64,000 bases of DNA, taken from positions 3,596,001-3,660,000 of the forward strand of contig CM035351.1 in the NCBI GenBank assembly GCA_020137815.1, read 5' to 3'. This DNA comes from Hormiphora californensis. Lineage: Eukaryota; Animalia; Ctenophora. The position numbers and the translations under genes were made by a program. The stretch's first letter is position 1; each line of letters begins with the position of its first letter. Below, one piece after another: positions 1 through 12,537 of the stretch. The notes below the pieces were generated by a model that saw only the letters and a list, made by a program, of their open reading frames with translations, was not told the DNA's origin and did no database searches.

Positions 1-803
1 TGAGAATCCTTGCTACGCCTCTTATAGTTCAGGCCGGGGCTCATGTCTCACGAGAAGTGAGCATTAGTGTCAACAGACTGCTTAGCAGAGAACTATGAAA
101 ACAGCACTTGCTGGTACACGATGCAAATCGGTTAACAACTCTGTTGGTACACGACTTCAGTCGGTTTAAACAAATAAGAAAAACACAATGACGTAAACAG
201 CACATGACACATAACATATATTCCACAGTCTACAGGTAGACAAAACGAGATCAACAAGAGGACAATAAACGCTAACCAAACTATGTAACCACGACAACAA
301 CCCATCCTCTCCTTGATAACAACCAACCAGGTAAACACTCAACACAAGGCATCACAACAGACCATACACGATTAGTCCCTCACCACACCATCAAATCACA
401 CATGTTAAAGAATTGCCAATCTGTCACAACTCAAAACGGTATTGTGCGTAGCGCGCGAGAACCGCCTACAGTTCAGACAAGTCAATTCAGCATCTCAGGC
501 TAATAATTCAATCATCGCGCGCACCCACACCACCAGATATCACGCGTTAGGCACCATGCCATGCCAGTTGTCATTTCTCCCTTGCAATTCTGTGAGCACT
601 TGCAGCTCCTCAACTTGACATTGACCTCTTGCTAGGAAACTCTCCTTCTTCCATCAGAACCTTGTGGGCCTGCCGTAGGCAAACCCAGGCACTAGTAGTG
701 TTAGAAGTAACATCAGATCGAATGTATAGTATAATTTGACTGGCCAAGTTTGATGTTACAATCCCTATTAGCTCAACACAGTTCCCTTTTCTCACCTTGC
801 TTT

Positions 804-1060
804 ATCCAACTACCCAGCCTTACACACCCTCATAGGGCTCGCCGCAGGCAAGCCCAGGCACTGTGTCACACGTCAGTTAAATCATCACCTTGCCTAACGT
901 AGAATCGCTCATTATAACACCCAAAGCAACATCCAACTACCCAGCCTTACACACCCTCATAGGGCTCGCCGCAGGCAAGCCCAGGCACTGTTGTCACACG
1001 TCAGTTAATCAGCCCCTTGCCTAACGTAGAATCGCTCATTAAAACACCCAAGCAATACAT
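804..1060. repeat. Tandem duplication of a ~127-bp unit containing a GC hairpin
   Basis: atccaactacccagccttacacaccctcatagggctcgccgcaggcaagcccaggcact...gcctaacgtagaatcgctcatt occurs at ~805 and ~931 with few differences. Confidence 0.9.
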
Positions 1061-1085
1061 CACCTAACAAGAACTATTCATAGGC

Positions 1086-4000
1086 ATGGCGACAAGGTAC
1101 CGTAGCAAACAGCAACAGATTACGGCGAGATTGACAGGAGGAAAGAGCGAGATTAAATGGAGGGTCTTTTCCTCTGAGATTGTGAAACTAGAAGACGAGG
1201 ACTTCAAGACGGCTGAACTCCACATGAGGGACGAAGGTTATGTTGGAAGAACAGTCAGGGACAGAAACGGAAGATGCCTATCTGTATACGGGATCTCTCA
1301 ACCACCCGGTAAGATACCAACTATACAGACAACATGACCGCAAACACAATAAAAAATTTTTTCTCTTATCCCAGCAATTATTATACTAACCCACTGCGAC
1401 CTCCCTCAGTTTTACCGGGATGGACTTTCTCGCCAGAAGGGACAGCTACTCACTCCCTTTTGGTACACGATACAGCCGGAGCCTGCAGTGATCTTAACGG
1501 GATCAAAACAGTTATGGATGCGCTAGTTTGTTCAATCGTCCGCCCCCCTGTGGATCTCAGGAATAACCACCATCTGTTATTCATTTCCGCATTATGGAAT
1601 ACACATCCCCACATCGAGATTCCCGCGTTCGAAGTCAAAACCTGCAAAAAGGCAAGTAACGTCACTAGTAACACACCAAGTAACATATTACACACTCAAA
1701 ACGAATTCCTAACTATAACACTCATAATTACTAACCACTAACACAAAAAATCCCCCACAGATCAGAGTAGGACGAGCGCCAACGACACCATACCAGCGTC
1801 CCCCCACGACAGTCCCCTACAACCCCCCACCACCCACCACATCCCTCTACAGCCCACTACCACCTACAACCTCTACAGCCACGGTGAACTCCTCAGCCAC
1901 AGAAGTTACTGCCTCGGGAGGAGACCCAATCATATCCACCTCTACAGCTGACTCAGATACCCTGCCTCCAATCGACTACTACGCCCCAACGTCAAGTTCA
2001 ACACTAAACACTAGTGTGAGGCCCTTCTCTTTCGGCGTGGACCCCAGCCTTGAAAGTAGGTTAGATGGAGTCACGTTGTCATCGAGCTCGTCATTCCTCC
2101 CGTACAAGACAGAGGAAATGATGTAACAGCGGCCCAACACCCAATCCTCACTAACCCAATGAAGAAGATTTATTGATCAACAATTTTAAACCATTTTAAA
2201 CACTTTTTACCATTTTATAAAATAACGAGTCGTTACTTCTATCACGGATAAGGCCAAACCCAAACCCTGCATGATGGAGTACTGTGTAAATAATACGGCA
2301 GAAGGGGAGCCTATAACAGATAGTTCCCAACGACGGAACGCGCGAACTATCCCCCCATTCAACGCATCTTAAACGCGCACGGCACTTTTGCGCGGCTCAA
2401 CTCTGATTAATATCCCTTTCCAAATAAAAAATTCTTTTCATTTGTTGTACGCGCAAAAAACAACAAAACTTCTGTAATGCGCGGCCTCCTGTCCTCGGTA
2501 AAATGAGCGGCTGCCAAATAAAAATAATAACAAGTAACAGAATTCAATACAATAAACACTTCTTAACCCCCTCTACTCCGACTAGGTCCATGGCAGAACC
2601 AGATCCAGCTCCAAAACAAGCAAAACCCACGGCAGAAAGCCGGTATGACCTACATGGTGCAACAACAAATATGGTCAATGACCAGTACGGCCCGTGCGGC
2701 GCAATTAGCAAAACACCAACTCTGGTGCACCAAAAAGGACCAGTGTGTCGCAACAGCAAGCAAGCTGAAAAACGCTGCCTCGTCCCGCGTTTGCCAAGCA
2801 AACAAGCTAATCTAATCATTAAAGAATATGCAGAAAAACGAAAAAGAGTCAGCAACAAATGTAAACAATTCAGAACAAAAGCTAGAAAAACAACGGAACC
2901 CAAGCCAGAAACCAAAGCACCTATACCTCACACTGGTAACACAAAAAGAGATATAAAACACAATCCAACCGTCCCAGCAAAAAGAAGACGTAGAGGAACG
3001 GAAGAATCAACTGATATAAAAGATAACGAACACAGTTGTACATGTACAAAAAACACGACACCAATAGCTACCAAGAAGATAGCTCGAGGACAACAGAATA
3101 TAACTTCTTACTACCAAAGCACAAAAGATCGACCTCCGACAACAGACACCAATAACTTCCCAATAGGAACAAGCCACACTAGAGACCACCAAATGGCTAA
3201 TGCGACAAACGAAATAAGATACACCAAAAAACTCAATAACAACTACAGAAAAGAGATGACACAATACAGTACAAAGCACACTGATGTTCCAATCACCGAA
3301 AATCAATCAACTTCAGGCAAAAAACAAGACCACCAAGTACCAATAGAACTCATATACACCAACCAACAACACAAAAAAGCAGCCCTGACAACTCTATCGG
3401 CCAACATCATCAACACCCAAGCTCCAATTATATTCATCTGCGAACCTTACTGCGACAAGAATCACAAAATACCGTGCATCCACAAAGACATGATTACCAT
3501 CAAAGCAGAAGCAACAGACCTAAGGCCCAGAGCAGCTATGGCAATACATAGAGACCACATTCCAAACACCACCACTATTCAAGAATTCACTACAAGAGAC
3601 TCAGTAGCAATACAAATACAAACTAAAGAATACAAAATTGTCCTGGCCACAATATATATGGAAGGGGAAACAGACATCACACCACACACAAATCTTATAG
3701 AATCGTTAGCCGCCCATGCCAAGAAAGAGAGGGCAGCACTAATAATAAACAGTGACACCAATGCTCACAGCACGAACTGGGGAGACAAAAACAATGACAA
3801 AAGAGGCGACGAAATTCTAATAACCACATCCAGGAACAACCTAAATATAATTAACGAAGGAGCGAATCCCACATTCGAAAACACCAGACTACAAAAATCA
3901 ATCATCGACCTCACCATAACCAACGAAGAAGGCAACCACCTGTTAAGCAACTGGAAGGTAAGCAACGAATTCACAAATGCGGATCACAAATACATCAGAG

Positions 4001-7000
4001 CCAAAATTAGAATTATGACAAACAAATACAAGAAATTCAAAACGGACAAAAACACGGACTGGGGAACGTTCAACAAACAACTACAAGAAGACAAAACCCT
4101 CCAACAGATCATGGCCAACCCTCCGAAAAATAAAAAGGAGATGGACGAGGCATCAGACATAATCAACTCCGCCATAATGGATGCGTGGAACAAACACACC
4201 GAATACACGTATACCACCAGCAAAATTAAACCACCGCCATGGTACAACAATGATATTAGGATGCAAATACGGAAAACACAGAAAAAACTAAACAAATATA
4301 GGAAAAAGAAAACAGCCGACAGTCAAAGAGAACTGAGCGAAGCGAATTCAACTCTCAATAAACTACAAAGGGACTTCAAAAAGGCGGCCTGGCAAAAATT
4401 CACCGGCGACATAGAAAGCATACAAGCAACAGGCAGAATACACAAGATCTGCAAAAACCAAGCAACAACACAAAGATCCTTAGATACCGTGTACAGACCA
4501 GAAGGAACCTTAACGACAAGTGCCCAAGAAACATTAGAAATAATGAAGGCGAGCCACTTTGGATCGGACCCAATAACAGTAATCAGCCCAATACAATCAG
4601 CCGAAACGCACGAGTCGCTCAGATTTGAAATCAAAGAAGTACGAGACGCGATCAACTCCATGAAACCAAACAAAGCACCAGGACCGGACAAAATCACGGC
4701 AAACATGCTCCAAAATGCCATAGAATCACTAGCCGAACCACTAAAAATACTATTCCAATGCTCCTACGACATAGGACAAACGCCGGAAAACTGGAAGGAA
4801 AGCAAAGGCATATACCTACCAAAACCTGGCAAAGACGACTACCACAACGCGAAATCATACCGCACCATAACGCTCGCACCAATAATCCTTAAAATACAAG
4901 AAAGGCTCATCTACTGGAACCTGGAAAGGAACAGGATAGACTCAAAAATCAACGAAAAACAGTTTGGTTTCAGGAAATCCAGCTCAACAGAGGCTGCTCT
5001 ACACAAGATAGTCCACAAAATAGAAAAGAGAATGAAAAAGAAACAATATGCACTGGGTGTATTTCTCGACGTGGAAGGAGCATTCGATAAGATATCATTT
5101 GAAGCGATACAAAGAGGCCTCATAAACAAAGGGATCGCACCAAAAACTATAAACTGGATCATGAATATGACCACAACAAGAACACTCTCCATTGAACACA
5201 AGAACGAAATCATAAAATTTAGGATAACCAGAGGAGTCGCACAAGGCGGCATCTTATCACCACTCATATGGAACATAGTACTAGACAGTCTCCTACAAAG
5301 TACGGCTAAAAACACCCCAGCATACCTACAAGCATTTGCCGATGACCTAATATCGCTAGCGGAGGGCGACGACATAGACATAGTCAGAAGCAGGACACAA
5401 AAAACACTCAACCATATAAACAAATGGTGCAAAGACCAAGGTCTTTCACTAAGCGCAGTAAAGACAACAATGATAATGTTCACAAACAAAAGAAAATGGG
5501 ATCTCCAGCCCATTAAGATCGAAGGAACAGAAATACAGCTCAGCAAATCAACTAAATTCCTAGGAATCACACTAGACAACAAACTCAACTTCAACGAACA
5601 TATCAACAACACAATTAAGAAGGCAAAACAGAACTTAATGAGAACCAATATAGCCATAGGTCCTACCTGGGGTCTGAGTCCCAAAGTAGCACTGTGGATA
5701 TACAGACAAACAATTAGACCAATAATCACATACGCATCACCAATCTGGATTAACGCCATATACAAAGTAAGAAATCAAGATAAACTTCGAAGTCTACAAA
5801 GGCTAGCACTAAGAATAGCCTGTGGGGCATTTCCATCGACAGCAGGAGCAGACCTAGACATCCTAACAAACACCTCAGATATAATACACCACATCGAGAA
5901 AGATGCAACTATAACCACAGGCAGGCTCATAAGCAACGAGAAATGGACATCAGACTCACAACTAACAGAAGGAACACACGCACACACCTGCAACAAATTA
6001 TGGCACAATCTCGAACTACCAAAGGCGCCACTAGACAGGACAGTAAAGGAAAATATAAACAAAAAATACGAGTGCTCAACCATATGGGAAGAAGGGCACA
6101 TAACAGAAGATGACGAGACCAACATAACTGTGTACACCGATGGATCCAAAGATGAAGCAGGAAAAACAGGCTCGGGAGTATTTTCAAATGGCGGCTCACT
6201 AGGGGAAAGCATCCAACTGTCTGAAAACCTACCAAACTACAGTACGGTATTCCAAGCAGAAGCAAACGCGATAAAACGAGCAGCAGAAGAACTATCTAAA
6301 AGAGATGTGAAGAACCAAAACATACTCATACGCTCAGACTCAGCAGCAAGTATTAAAGCACTAGGGAAAGCATGGACTAACAGTAACACAATGAAAGAAT
6401 GTAACAAAGCTCTAAACACCCTTGCCACAAGAAACACGGTGGAAATCAAATGGGTCAAAGCCCATGTAGGGATCGAAGGAAACGAGGAAGCAGACAAACT
6501 TGCAAAGGAGGGATGTCAAAAAACACCACCTCCAGGAAACAAATTTCCAATACCAAACAGCAAAATAAAGGCACAAGCATATGATACTGCCAAAAGAAAA
6601 ACCCTCACAACATTCAAGACGAAAGGAGGTAAATCTCTCAAAAATATAATAGTAAATGAAGAAACGAGAGGGGAACTTGTGAAACAAACAGCAAAACTCC
6701 ACAACAAAAGAAACAAATTCAGAGCCATTACACATCTTTGCACAGGCATAGGACCGTTTGAAAACTTCCTCCACAAAATAGGAAAATCCACAACAAACAA
6801 ATGCACCCTATGCAAGGAAGCGATAGGAAACGCAACACATATAGTCTGTGACTGCGAAGTCCTATCATCCCTACGATACATACAAACAGGATACACCAGA
6901 ATCACAGACATGAAGGAGTTCCTCCTAAAACATCCATGTAAAGCAATTAAACTATATGAACGAGCACAAGAACTCAAACAAAAGATTGAAAACGAAGAAG

Positions 7001-7418
7001 AATCCGTGGTTCAAATACAAACCTAAATGCTCCTGGCAAAATGACCACACAGGACCAAACAAAGCTAGACCCGAGAAGAACCTCACTCCCATCTTCTTCA
7101 TATTGTGAACCTGCCAGATGGTACTTCCATGCGAAGGGAGGGGAAGGGGGGACTCTTCTCTAGTGCCGACGGTATCGCTTTGCGATAGTCCCTGTGGGCT
7201 TGCCGTAGGCAAGCCCAGGCACTCTGAGTAGTAGTAGTAGTAATCACCCATAAGAAAATCACCTCCTAATCTCACCACACGCCGAAGATAAAGGACCGCT
7301 CTAGGAGCAGGCATCTGGTTGCAGTCACTGTTTTTCGGAAAGGCGGACCATTTGCATATTACAAACTGTGTCAGAGCGGGATATAAACTGTTACTATTAT
7401 TATTATTATTATTATTAT
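1086..7418 (+). mobile_element. Near full-length LINE ending in a (TAT)n tail; 5' boundary uncertain
   Basis: A-rich sense strand, intact pol ORF, ~370-nt 3' UTR ending in tattattattattatt at ~7395-7418. Short upstream ORFs (1086-1337, 1334-1741) may be a degraded ORF1. Confidence 0.75.
2503..7026 (+). CDS. Non-LTR retrotransposon polyprotein: APE endonuclease, reverse transcriptase, RNase H, C-terminal CCHC finger (LOA/Lian-like, I/R1 group)
   Basis: Uninterrupted 1507-aa ORF. APE motifs ICEPY, SDTNAHS, IIDLT, ADHKYI; RT motifs KAPGPD, YRTITL, QFGFR, FLDVEGAFD, GVAQGGILSP, QAFADD, KFLGITLD; RNase H motifs VYTDGSK, VFQAE, SDS, WVKAHVGIEGNEEADKLAK; CTLC...H...C. Confidence 0.95.
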   Translation: MSGCQIKIITSNRIQYNKHFLTPSTPTRSMAEPDPAPKQAKPTAESRYDLHGATTNMVNDQYGPCGAISKTPTLVHQKGPVCRNSKQAEKRCLVPRLPSKQANLIIKEYAEKRKRVSNKCKQFRTKARKTTEPKPETKAPIPHTGNTKRDIKHNPTVPAKRRRRGTEESTDIKDNEHSCTCTKNTTPIATKKIARGQQNITSYYQSTKDRPPTTDTNNFPIGTSHTRDHQMANATNEIRYTKKLNNNYRKEMTQYSTKHTDVPITENQSTSGKKQDHQVPIELIYTNQQHKKAALTTLSANIINTQAPIIFICEPYCDKNHKIPCIHKDMITIKAEATDLRPRAAMAIHRDHIPNTTTIQEFTTRDSVAIQIQTKEYKIVLATIYMEGETDITPHTNLIESLAAHAKKERAALIINSDTNAHSTNWGDKNNDKRGDEILITTSRNNLNIINEGANPTFENTRLQKSIIDLTITNEEGNHLLSNWKVSNEFTNADHKYIRAKIRIMTNKYKKFKTDKNTDWGTFNKQLQEDKTLQQIMANPPKNKKEMDEASDIINSAIMDAWNKHTEYTYTTSKIKPPPWYNNDIRMQIRKTQKKLNKYRKKKTADSQRELSEANSTLNKLQRDFKKAAWQKFTGDIESIQATGRIHKICKNQATTQRSLDTVYRPEGTLTTSAQETLEIMKASHFGSDPITVISPIQSAETHESLRFEIKEVRDAINSMKPNKAPGPDKITANMLQNAIESLAEPLKILFQCSYDIGQTPENWKESKGIYLPKPGKDDYHNAKSYRTITLAPIILKIQERLIYWNLERNRIDSKINEKQFGFRKSSSTEAALHKIVHKIEKRMKKKQYALGVFLDVEGAFDKISFEAIQRGLINKGIAPKTINWIMNMTTTRTLSIEHKNEIIKFRITRGVAQGGILSPLIWNIVLDSLLQSTAKNTPAYLQAFADDLISLAEGDDIDIVRSRTQKTLNHINKWCKDQGLSLSAVKTTMIMFTNKRKWDLQPIKIEGTEIQLSKSTKFLGITLDNKLNFNEHINNTIKKAKQNLMRTNIAIGPTWGLSPKVALWIYRQTIRPIITYASPIWINAIYKVRNQDKLRSLQRLALRIACGAFPSTAGADLDILTNTSDIIHHIEKDATITTGRLISNEKWTSDSQLTEGTHAHTCNKLWHNLELPKAPLDRTVKENINKKYECSTIWEEGHITEDDETNITVYTDGSKDEAGKTGSGVFSNGGSLGESIQLSENLPNYSTVFQAEANAIKRAAEELSKRDVKNQNILIRSDSAASIKALGKAWTNSNTMKECNKALNTLATRNTVEIKWVKAHVGIEGNEEADKLAKEGCQKTPPPGNKFPIPNSKIKAQAYDTAKRKTLTTFKTKGGKSLKNIIVNEETRGELVKQTAKLHNKRNKFRAITHLCTGIGPFENFLHKIGKSTTNKCTLCKEAIGNATHIVCDCEVLSSLRYIQTGYTRITDMKEFLLKHPCKAIKLYERAQELKQKIENEEESVVQIQT

Positions 7419-8109
7419 AAATCCTCCCTTTGGACCTGATCAAAATTTCAATTAGGTCGAAGAACGTTTTTTTCAGCTTCATCCTAGGCGCTTGAAACGG
7501 ATCTTGAAAGCTGTAGACATCCACACAATAGCCACCAACTCCTGGTCCTGGTGTGCTCTTGGACCTGGTCCGCTCTTGGAGGCTCTTGAACTTTATTATG
7601 GTTCACTATAATTGTGCAAGACACTGGGTTTAGAATGGTAGAATATATTCTTATTAGATATTAAATTTCAATGGTTTAGTATTGTTTCTGTGATTAAATT
7701 ATTGTATTATCTGACCTTTAATTCAACTGTTTATATAGGAAGGCGTACTTTCATTCGAAACCTGTTCTGACGTTCTAAGGAGCTCTCTCCCGCTTCGAAC
7801 AACTCAACAAACCCTTGGTCTTGACTCTATTTAGTCAAGGTCACAACACACACTACTCTACACTCTCTTAATACACCTACAAAAGATATTGAAGTTATGG
7901 CCGCCTGTGGTGCTTGCGTTTGTTAAATGGCACAGTTTTCTTTGCAATTTGAGCCAACTGTCAACCGATATGGATACCACGAGGATTTCAAACCAATAAA
8001 TTTACCCGACTTCCGAGGAGCCTTTAAGGACTATTGGATATTAGACCCATTACTACCACGCGAGTAACATTAAACACAGTGCCCATTATAATAACAACAA
8101 CAATAAACC

Positions 8110-9131
8110 ATGCCAGCTCAACAAGCAACATCTGCCAATTTGTGCAGTGAGAAAATCTGGCTCTTCGGTTATGGATCACTGATTTGGAAGCCCAACTTTA
8201 AATACGATTCTGTTCACACCGGCTATATCAAGGGGATGGCCCGGTACTTTTGGCAAGGGAGCACAGACCACAGGGGTACTGCTGAGAAGGTAAACACTGA
8301 ATAAAACCAGGACAGTTTATGTAAAATATCTGAAACCATCTCAAACCACTGCATGCTTACTGCTTTTACCATTACCTAACTTGTTTTGTTCAAACGGGGC
8401 GCGGGGAGGGAGGGTCGAACAAGGCAATACCTAACTAATATCTCCCAATTTCAGCATATCTTGTGCCCTAATGCCCTATTTACCGAGCCTCCTAACACTC
8501 AATTCCTCCAATTTCAGCCTGGGCGAGTGGCAACACTTGTAGACGATCCAAGCGGTCAGGTATACGGCCTGGGGTTCGAGGTCAGCAAGGAGGAAGCTGA
8601 CAAGACACTGACCTACCTGAACGATAGGGAGAGTGGGTATTGTCTACGGGAGGTGACTTTCTATCACTCCAACAATGACCTCGGAACTCAACAGGTATTT
8701 AGAATTATAATTTCGATCATTATTCCTTGCTCGACCCTCTCTCCCCATGAACCCTGGTTTGAACAAAACAAATACATCTTTCCAACATGGCACTTTCATA
8801 CCAATTTCATTTCCCATAATACTACATTGCATGGTTGTGGTTTCCAGTATGTAAGCTAATCGTCCTAACCTCCCCCCATGTCTAGGTACTGGTGTACATG
8901 GCCACACCCTCCAATCCCTACTATCTAGGAGATGGCCCCCTGGATGCTGTAGCGGAGGCTATAGCGTGGTGTGAGGGTAAGGCAGGACCCAACTACGAGT
9001 ACCTGTTCAACTTGGCCCATATGATGAGGCTGTTGTTCCCCTGTCAGAAGGACACCCATCTGTTTGACTTGGAGGAACGTGTGAAGGACATGAGAAGTGG
9101 GCATTATGTGAAACCTAACGAGAAACGATGA
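8110..9131 (+). CDS. CHAC: ChaC glutathione-specific gamma-glutamylcyclotransferase; exons 8110-8289, 8518-8694, 8886-9131
   Basis: [23 protein letters not shown]|[19 protein letters not shown]...[18 protein letters not shown]; in-frame GT-AG introns. Confidence 0.93.
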
Positions 9132-9238
9132 GCTCAGATCTAGAAAGAGGGTGAAGGGGTGTTAGTAAGAGAGATAGATGGAGACAGGGAATATAGGTAT
9201 TTGTTAAATAGGAATGAATGAGAGTGAGATAAATGTTG

Positions 9239-9305
9239 TTACGGGCTCCCTTGCACCTCGGGAGATCTCCCGCGGAGATCTCCCGAGGTGCAAGGGCGCC
9301 CGTAA
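9239..9305. repeat. 67-bp near-perfect palindrome (TA-flanked micro-MITE)
   Basis: ttacgggctcccttgcacctcgggagatctcc-cgc-ggagatctcccgaggtgcaagggcgcccgtaa, one mismatch. Confidence 0.85.
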
Positions 9306-9898
9306 AGATTCAGGATTTCAGGAGTCTGGTTGAGCTGGCATTGGTTTGGTAGAAATAGTAGTAGCATGAGAAATGTATAGAAGTGTAGAAAAGTTTGAAA
9401 CTCTGTGTGATTGCATTGTAATTTCGCAGTGCGGACTGCGGAGAGGACATTATTTTGTGAGACATGTGTTACGGGAGAATACAGTAATGTTTGGAGTGGT
9501 GTGTTTTATCTTTATGATGAAGTGGTCTAACTATAAGAGTTTTTGGTAGCATTACCAACTTCTTCATGTTTGAAAGGTTTCAAGCAGAGCTTGATCGGGA
9601 GTATTGGTAGGTAAACAAAGATAATAAGATATTGTATTTAGAGTATCTAAAAGTGTTAAAAAAATGTAAAAAGAGCTTTTTCAGTGATGAGCGAGTAAAA
9701 GAAAAGAAAAAAAACGAGAAAATGTGTTAAAAACAAAGAAAAAAGAAACAAAACAATAAACGCTTCTCTCGTTGCCTGGGGTAAATTCCCATGTCCTCTT
9801 GTTGTTACTTAACAAATATTCTCAACACACTCCCATCTGTATTAGATCTTGTTGTGTGATGTCAAGTAAGACAGCTGGAATATTGCCCCCTATACCTA

Positions 9899-10693
9899 AT
9901 AGTAGAGTCGATAACTACATCGACCTCTCCCAATTGTTCCAGTTTTTGTCACATCTGTTTGGAGCCTCGACACGACCTCTAAACAGGTGTTACTTTTTCA
10001 CAAACTGTTTTCATCTTGGTGTAATTAGCAGTTGAAATGTTGCTGATCATAACAAAAACCTGACTAAATTTTTTCAACTTGGGGTAAAACCATGGGTGTC
10101 AAAAGTTAGCACTAGGTCCCCTGAGTAACCATCCGGAGACTCCAAGAGATATTTCAAGCCGTTCTCCTGTAATCATTAATCCCGGTAGAGCACATATTTG
10201 AGTATGGACGTACGTGCAATTGCCTACAACCTCAACTTTAATGTATAACGTTAATGTGCGTCTCTCTCTTTTCTCCCCCTTGAGAAAGAGTTATCTCGCG
10301 CGGCGCCACCGCACGTGCGGTTTTTCCAGAGAGAGTGAGAGACATACAATAACATGTAAACAGCCTGCCAGCGCTCACGTACGTCCGCATTGTATTTTTT
10401 GATCCACCGGGATTAATGATTACGGGAGAACGGCTTGAAATATCTCTTAGAGTCTCCGGATGGTTACTCAGGGGACCTAGAGCTAACTTTTGACACCCAT
10501 GGTTTTACCCCAAGTTGAAAAAATTTAGTCAGGTTTTTGTTATGATCAGCAACATTTCAACTGCTGATTACCACAAGATGAAAACAGTTTGTGAAAAAGT
10601 AACACCTGTTTAGAGGTCAAGTCGAGGCTCCAAACAGATGTGACAAAAACTGGAACAATTAGGAGAGGTCGATGTAGTTATCGACTCTACTAT
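9899..10693. mobile_element. MITE with ~290-bp terminal inverted repeats, TA-flanked (Tc1/mariner-type)
   Basis: atagtagagtcgataactacatcgacctctcc...aatcattaatcccggt (9899-10186) mirrored at ~10405-10693. Confidence 0.9.
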
Positions 10694-10705
10694 AACATTA
10701 TTGTT

Positions 10706-10895
10706 GGATGCCTAGTGTGTCTAGATGCCTAGTTGACTCGAGTCCTAGATGCCTGTACCTATACCCCTGAATATTACAGATGCCTATCTTGTTATGTGAG
10801 ATAGATGATAAAATAAAGAATATATTATTGCCTAGAACTGCCTAGATGCCTACTACTACAGAGAGAGTAGATGCCCGGTTAATACTGGATGCCCA
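10706..10895. repeat. Degenerate cluster of (a)gatgcct(ag) short repeats
   Basis: About eight copies of gatgcc/tgcctag in 190 bp. Confidence 0.6.
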
Positions 10896-11873
10896 GTGAC
10901 ATGCAGCATTGCTACTGACAATAGTGTGTGTTAATATCCTACACACAAGCTGCTCAGTATTTGTGCTATTGTCTTGGCCAGTATTGTGTGTTCCTACGAT
11001 CGGTACATACTATGCTGTGTCAGAACATGCTGTATCAGAACATGCTGTGTTAGTCGCTGGATGAAAGAGGTAAATAAGAGAGACTTGCGAAATAAAAATA
11101 TACTGTATAAATAATGGGCACTTTATTATTATGATATGTAGTTTTTGAAGCCTCTGTGTTTTCATTTCATGTCCAGGAAATAGTTCCTCGGAGGAAACGT
11201 GGCATATCTTTCTATCCCTCTCCAATAAATATGCCACGTTGATATTCTCCAACCCACGATTTCAAACTCATAATTCATATCTCAGCTACACATATTTCAA
11301 TAGGCTGGGTTCTAAAAAGCAGCGTTATTATTTATTACTCATGGGCTCCTATGATCTGTATGGCGGCGCCATACCCCATTTGATTCTCAACAGTGCGCTC
11401 AGATGGGTCGCGGCGCCAGACAGCCTACGATAACCTATCTTAAGATTCAAAGACAAGATTAGTAGGATCTACGTGGCAACTTTTGGCACTTTTGTACTTT
11501 GCCCGTGCGTCTTTGGATACGCGTGTGACGCAATCCGTCTCTCTCTCCCTCCCTTCTCACGCCATCTCCATTCTCCATTCGCACTATCTCCCTCTCACCA
11601 GTCAAAGAGCTCACAGTACTATCCTTTAACTCGTTTTCCTGGTCTATTTTACACCTGCTCCCCGCACACTGCACTGTAATCAACTCATTAGTGTGCTTGT
11701 CGTGGGACGGTAGTTGTACTACCAACTTAGAAGTTGAACTTCCCATGCACACCACAGTACTTGCAGCCTCATGCATACAAACAACAATGCAGCTACACTG
11801 CAGCAGTGTTGACAAGCCTACACAGTACACAGTACACTCACCAGTTGAGTATAGAGGCTACAACAAAACGAAG

Positions 11874-11963
11874 AGCTTGAGCACCGTACCATTGTTCCCA
11901 TGGTAACGAAAGAGGGGTCTACAGGATAATGAGGTGATGATAATCACCGCGGTGCTCAAGCTC
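11874..11963. repeat. Short inverted repeat (14-bp arms)
   Basis: gagcttgagcaccg ... cggtgctcaagctc. Confidence 0.55.
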
Positions 11964-12227
11964 CCATGATCTGAATGAGGGTCTTTCTGTTATACACTAC
12001 CATTGACATGGCTTCATCTAGAGTTCCTGTCAGTGGTTCAAACGGTGTCATGTGACATTCAATGTGACCCGTTTTCAACCAATAGGGGGTGAAGATGTGA
12101 GGTGTGAATGTAATGTGGAATGGGGGGGGGGTGCGGAGGTTTAGGAATTGATGAGATCTCTAGGTTCATCTAAAAACTTCGAAAAAATGTGAGAATGAAA
12201 AAGTAAAGAAACAAATTGGAATAAAAT

Positions 12228-12468
12228 CACGTCCTTTGCTTTCAGCTTTGGTAAATCCGAAATTAAATAACTGCTGATGGAACCCTGCTAGATCAGATAC
12301 TTACTCTCTCCCTCTCACAATCTCACGCATTCTCTCTTTCCCTGTTGATGAAAAACAAGTCCAGCAGGAACATTTCTACGGGTCCATTCTCAAGTGGATT
12401 CCAAACTAATTCAGCTAAACCTGGTCACAGTTACCTACTCACAGGTACCCTCTTTCTCTTATCTTATC

Positions 12469-12537
<69 letters not shown>

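Noticed and set aside
2544-6977. Many minus-strand ORFs over the LINE
   Set aside because: Antisense shadows of an A-rich coding strand.
11894-11907. RFX X-box-like palindrome gttcccatggtaac
   Set aside because: No nearby gene start; it lies in a small repeat and similar motifs recur incidentally (e.g. ~30890).
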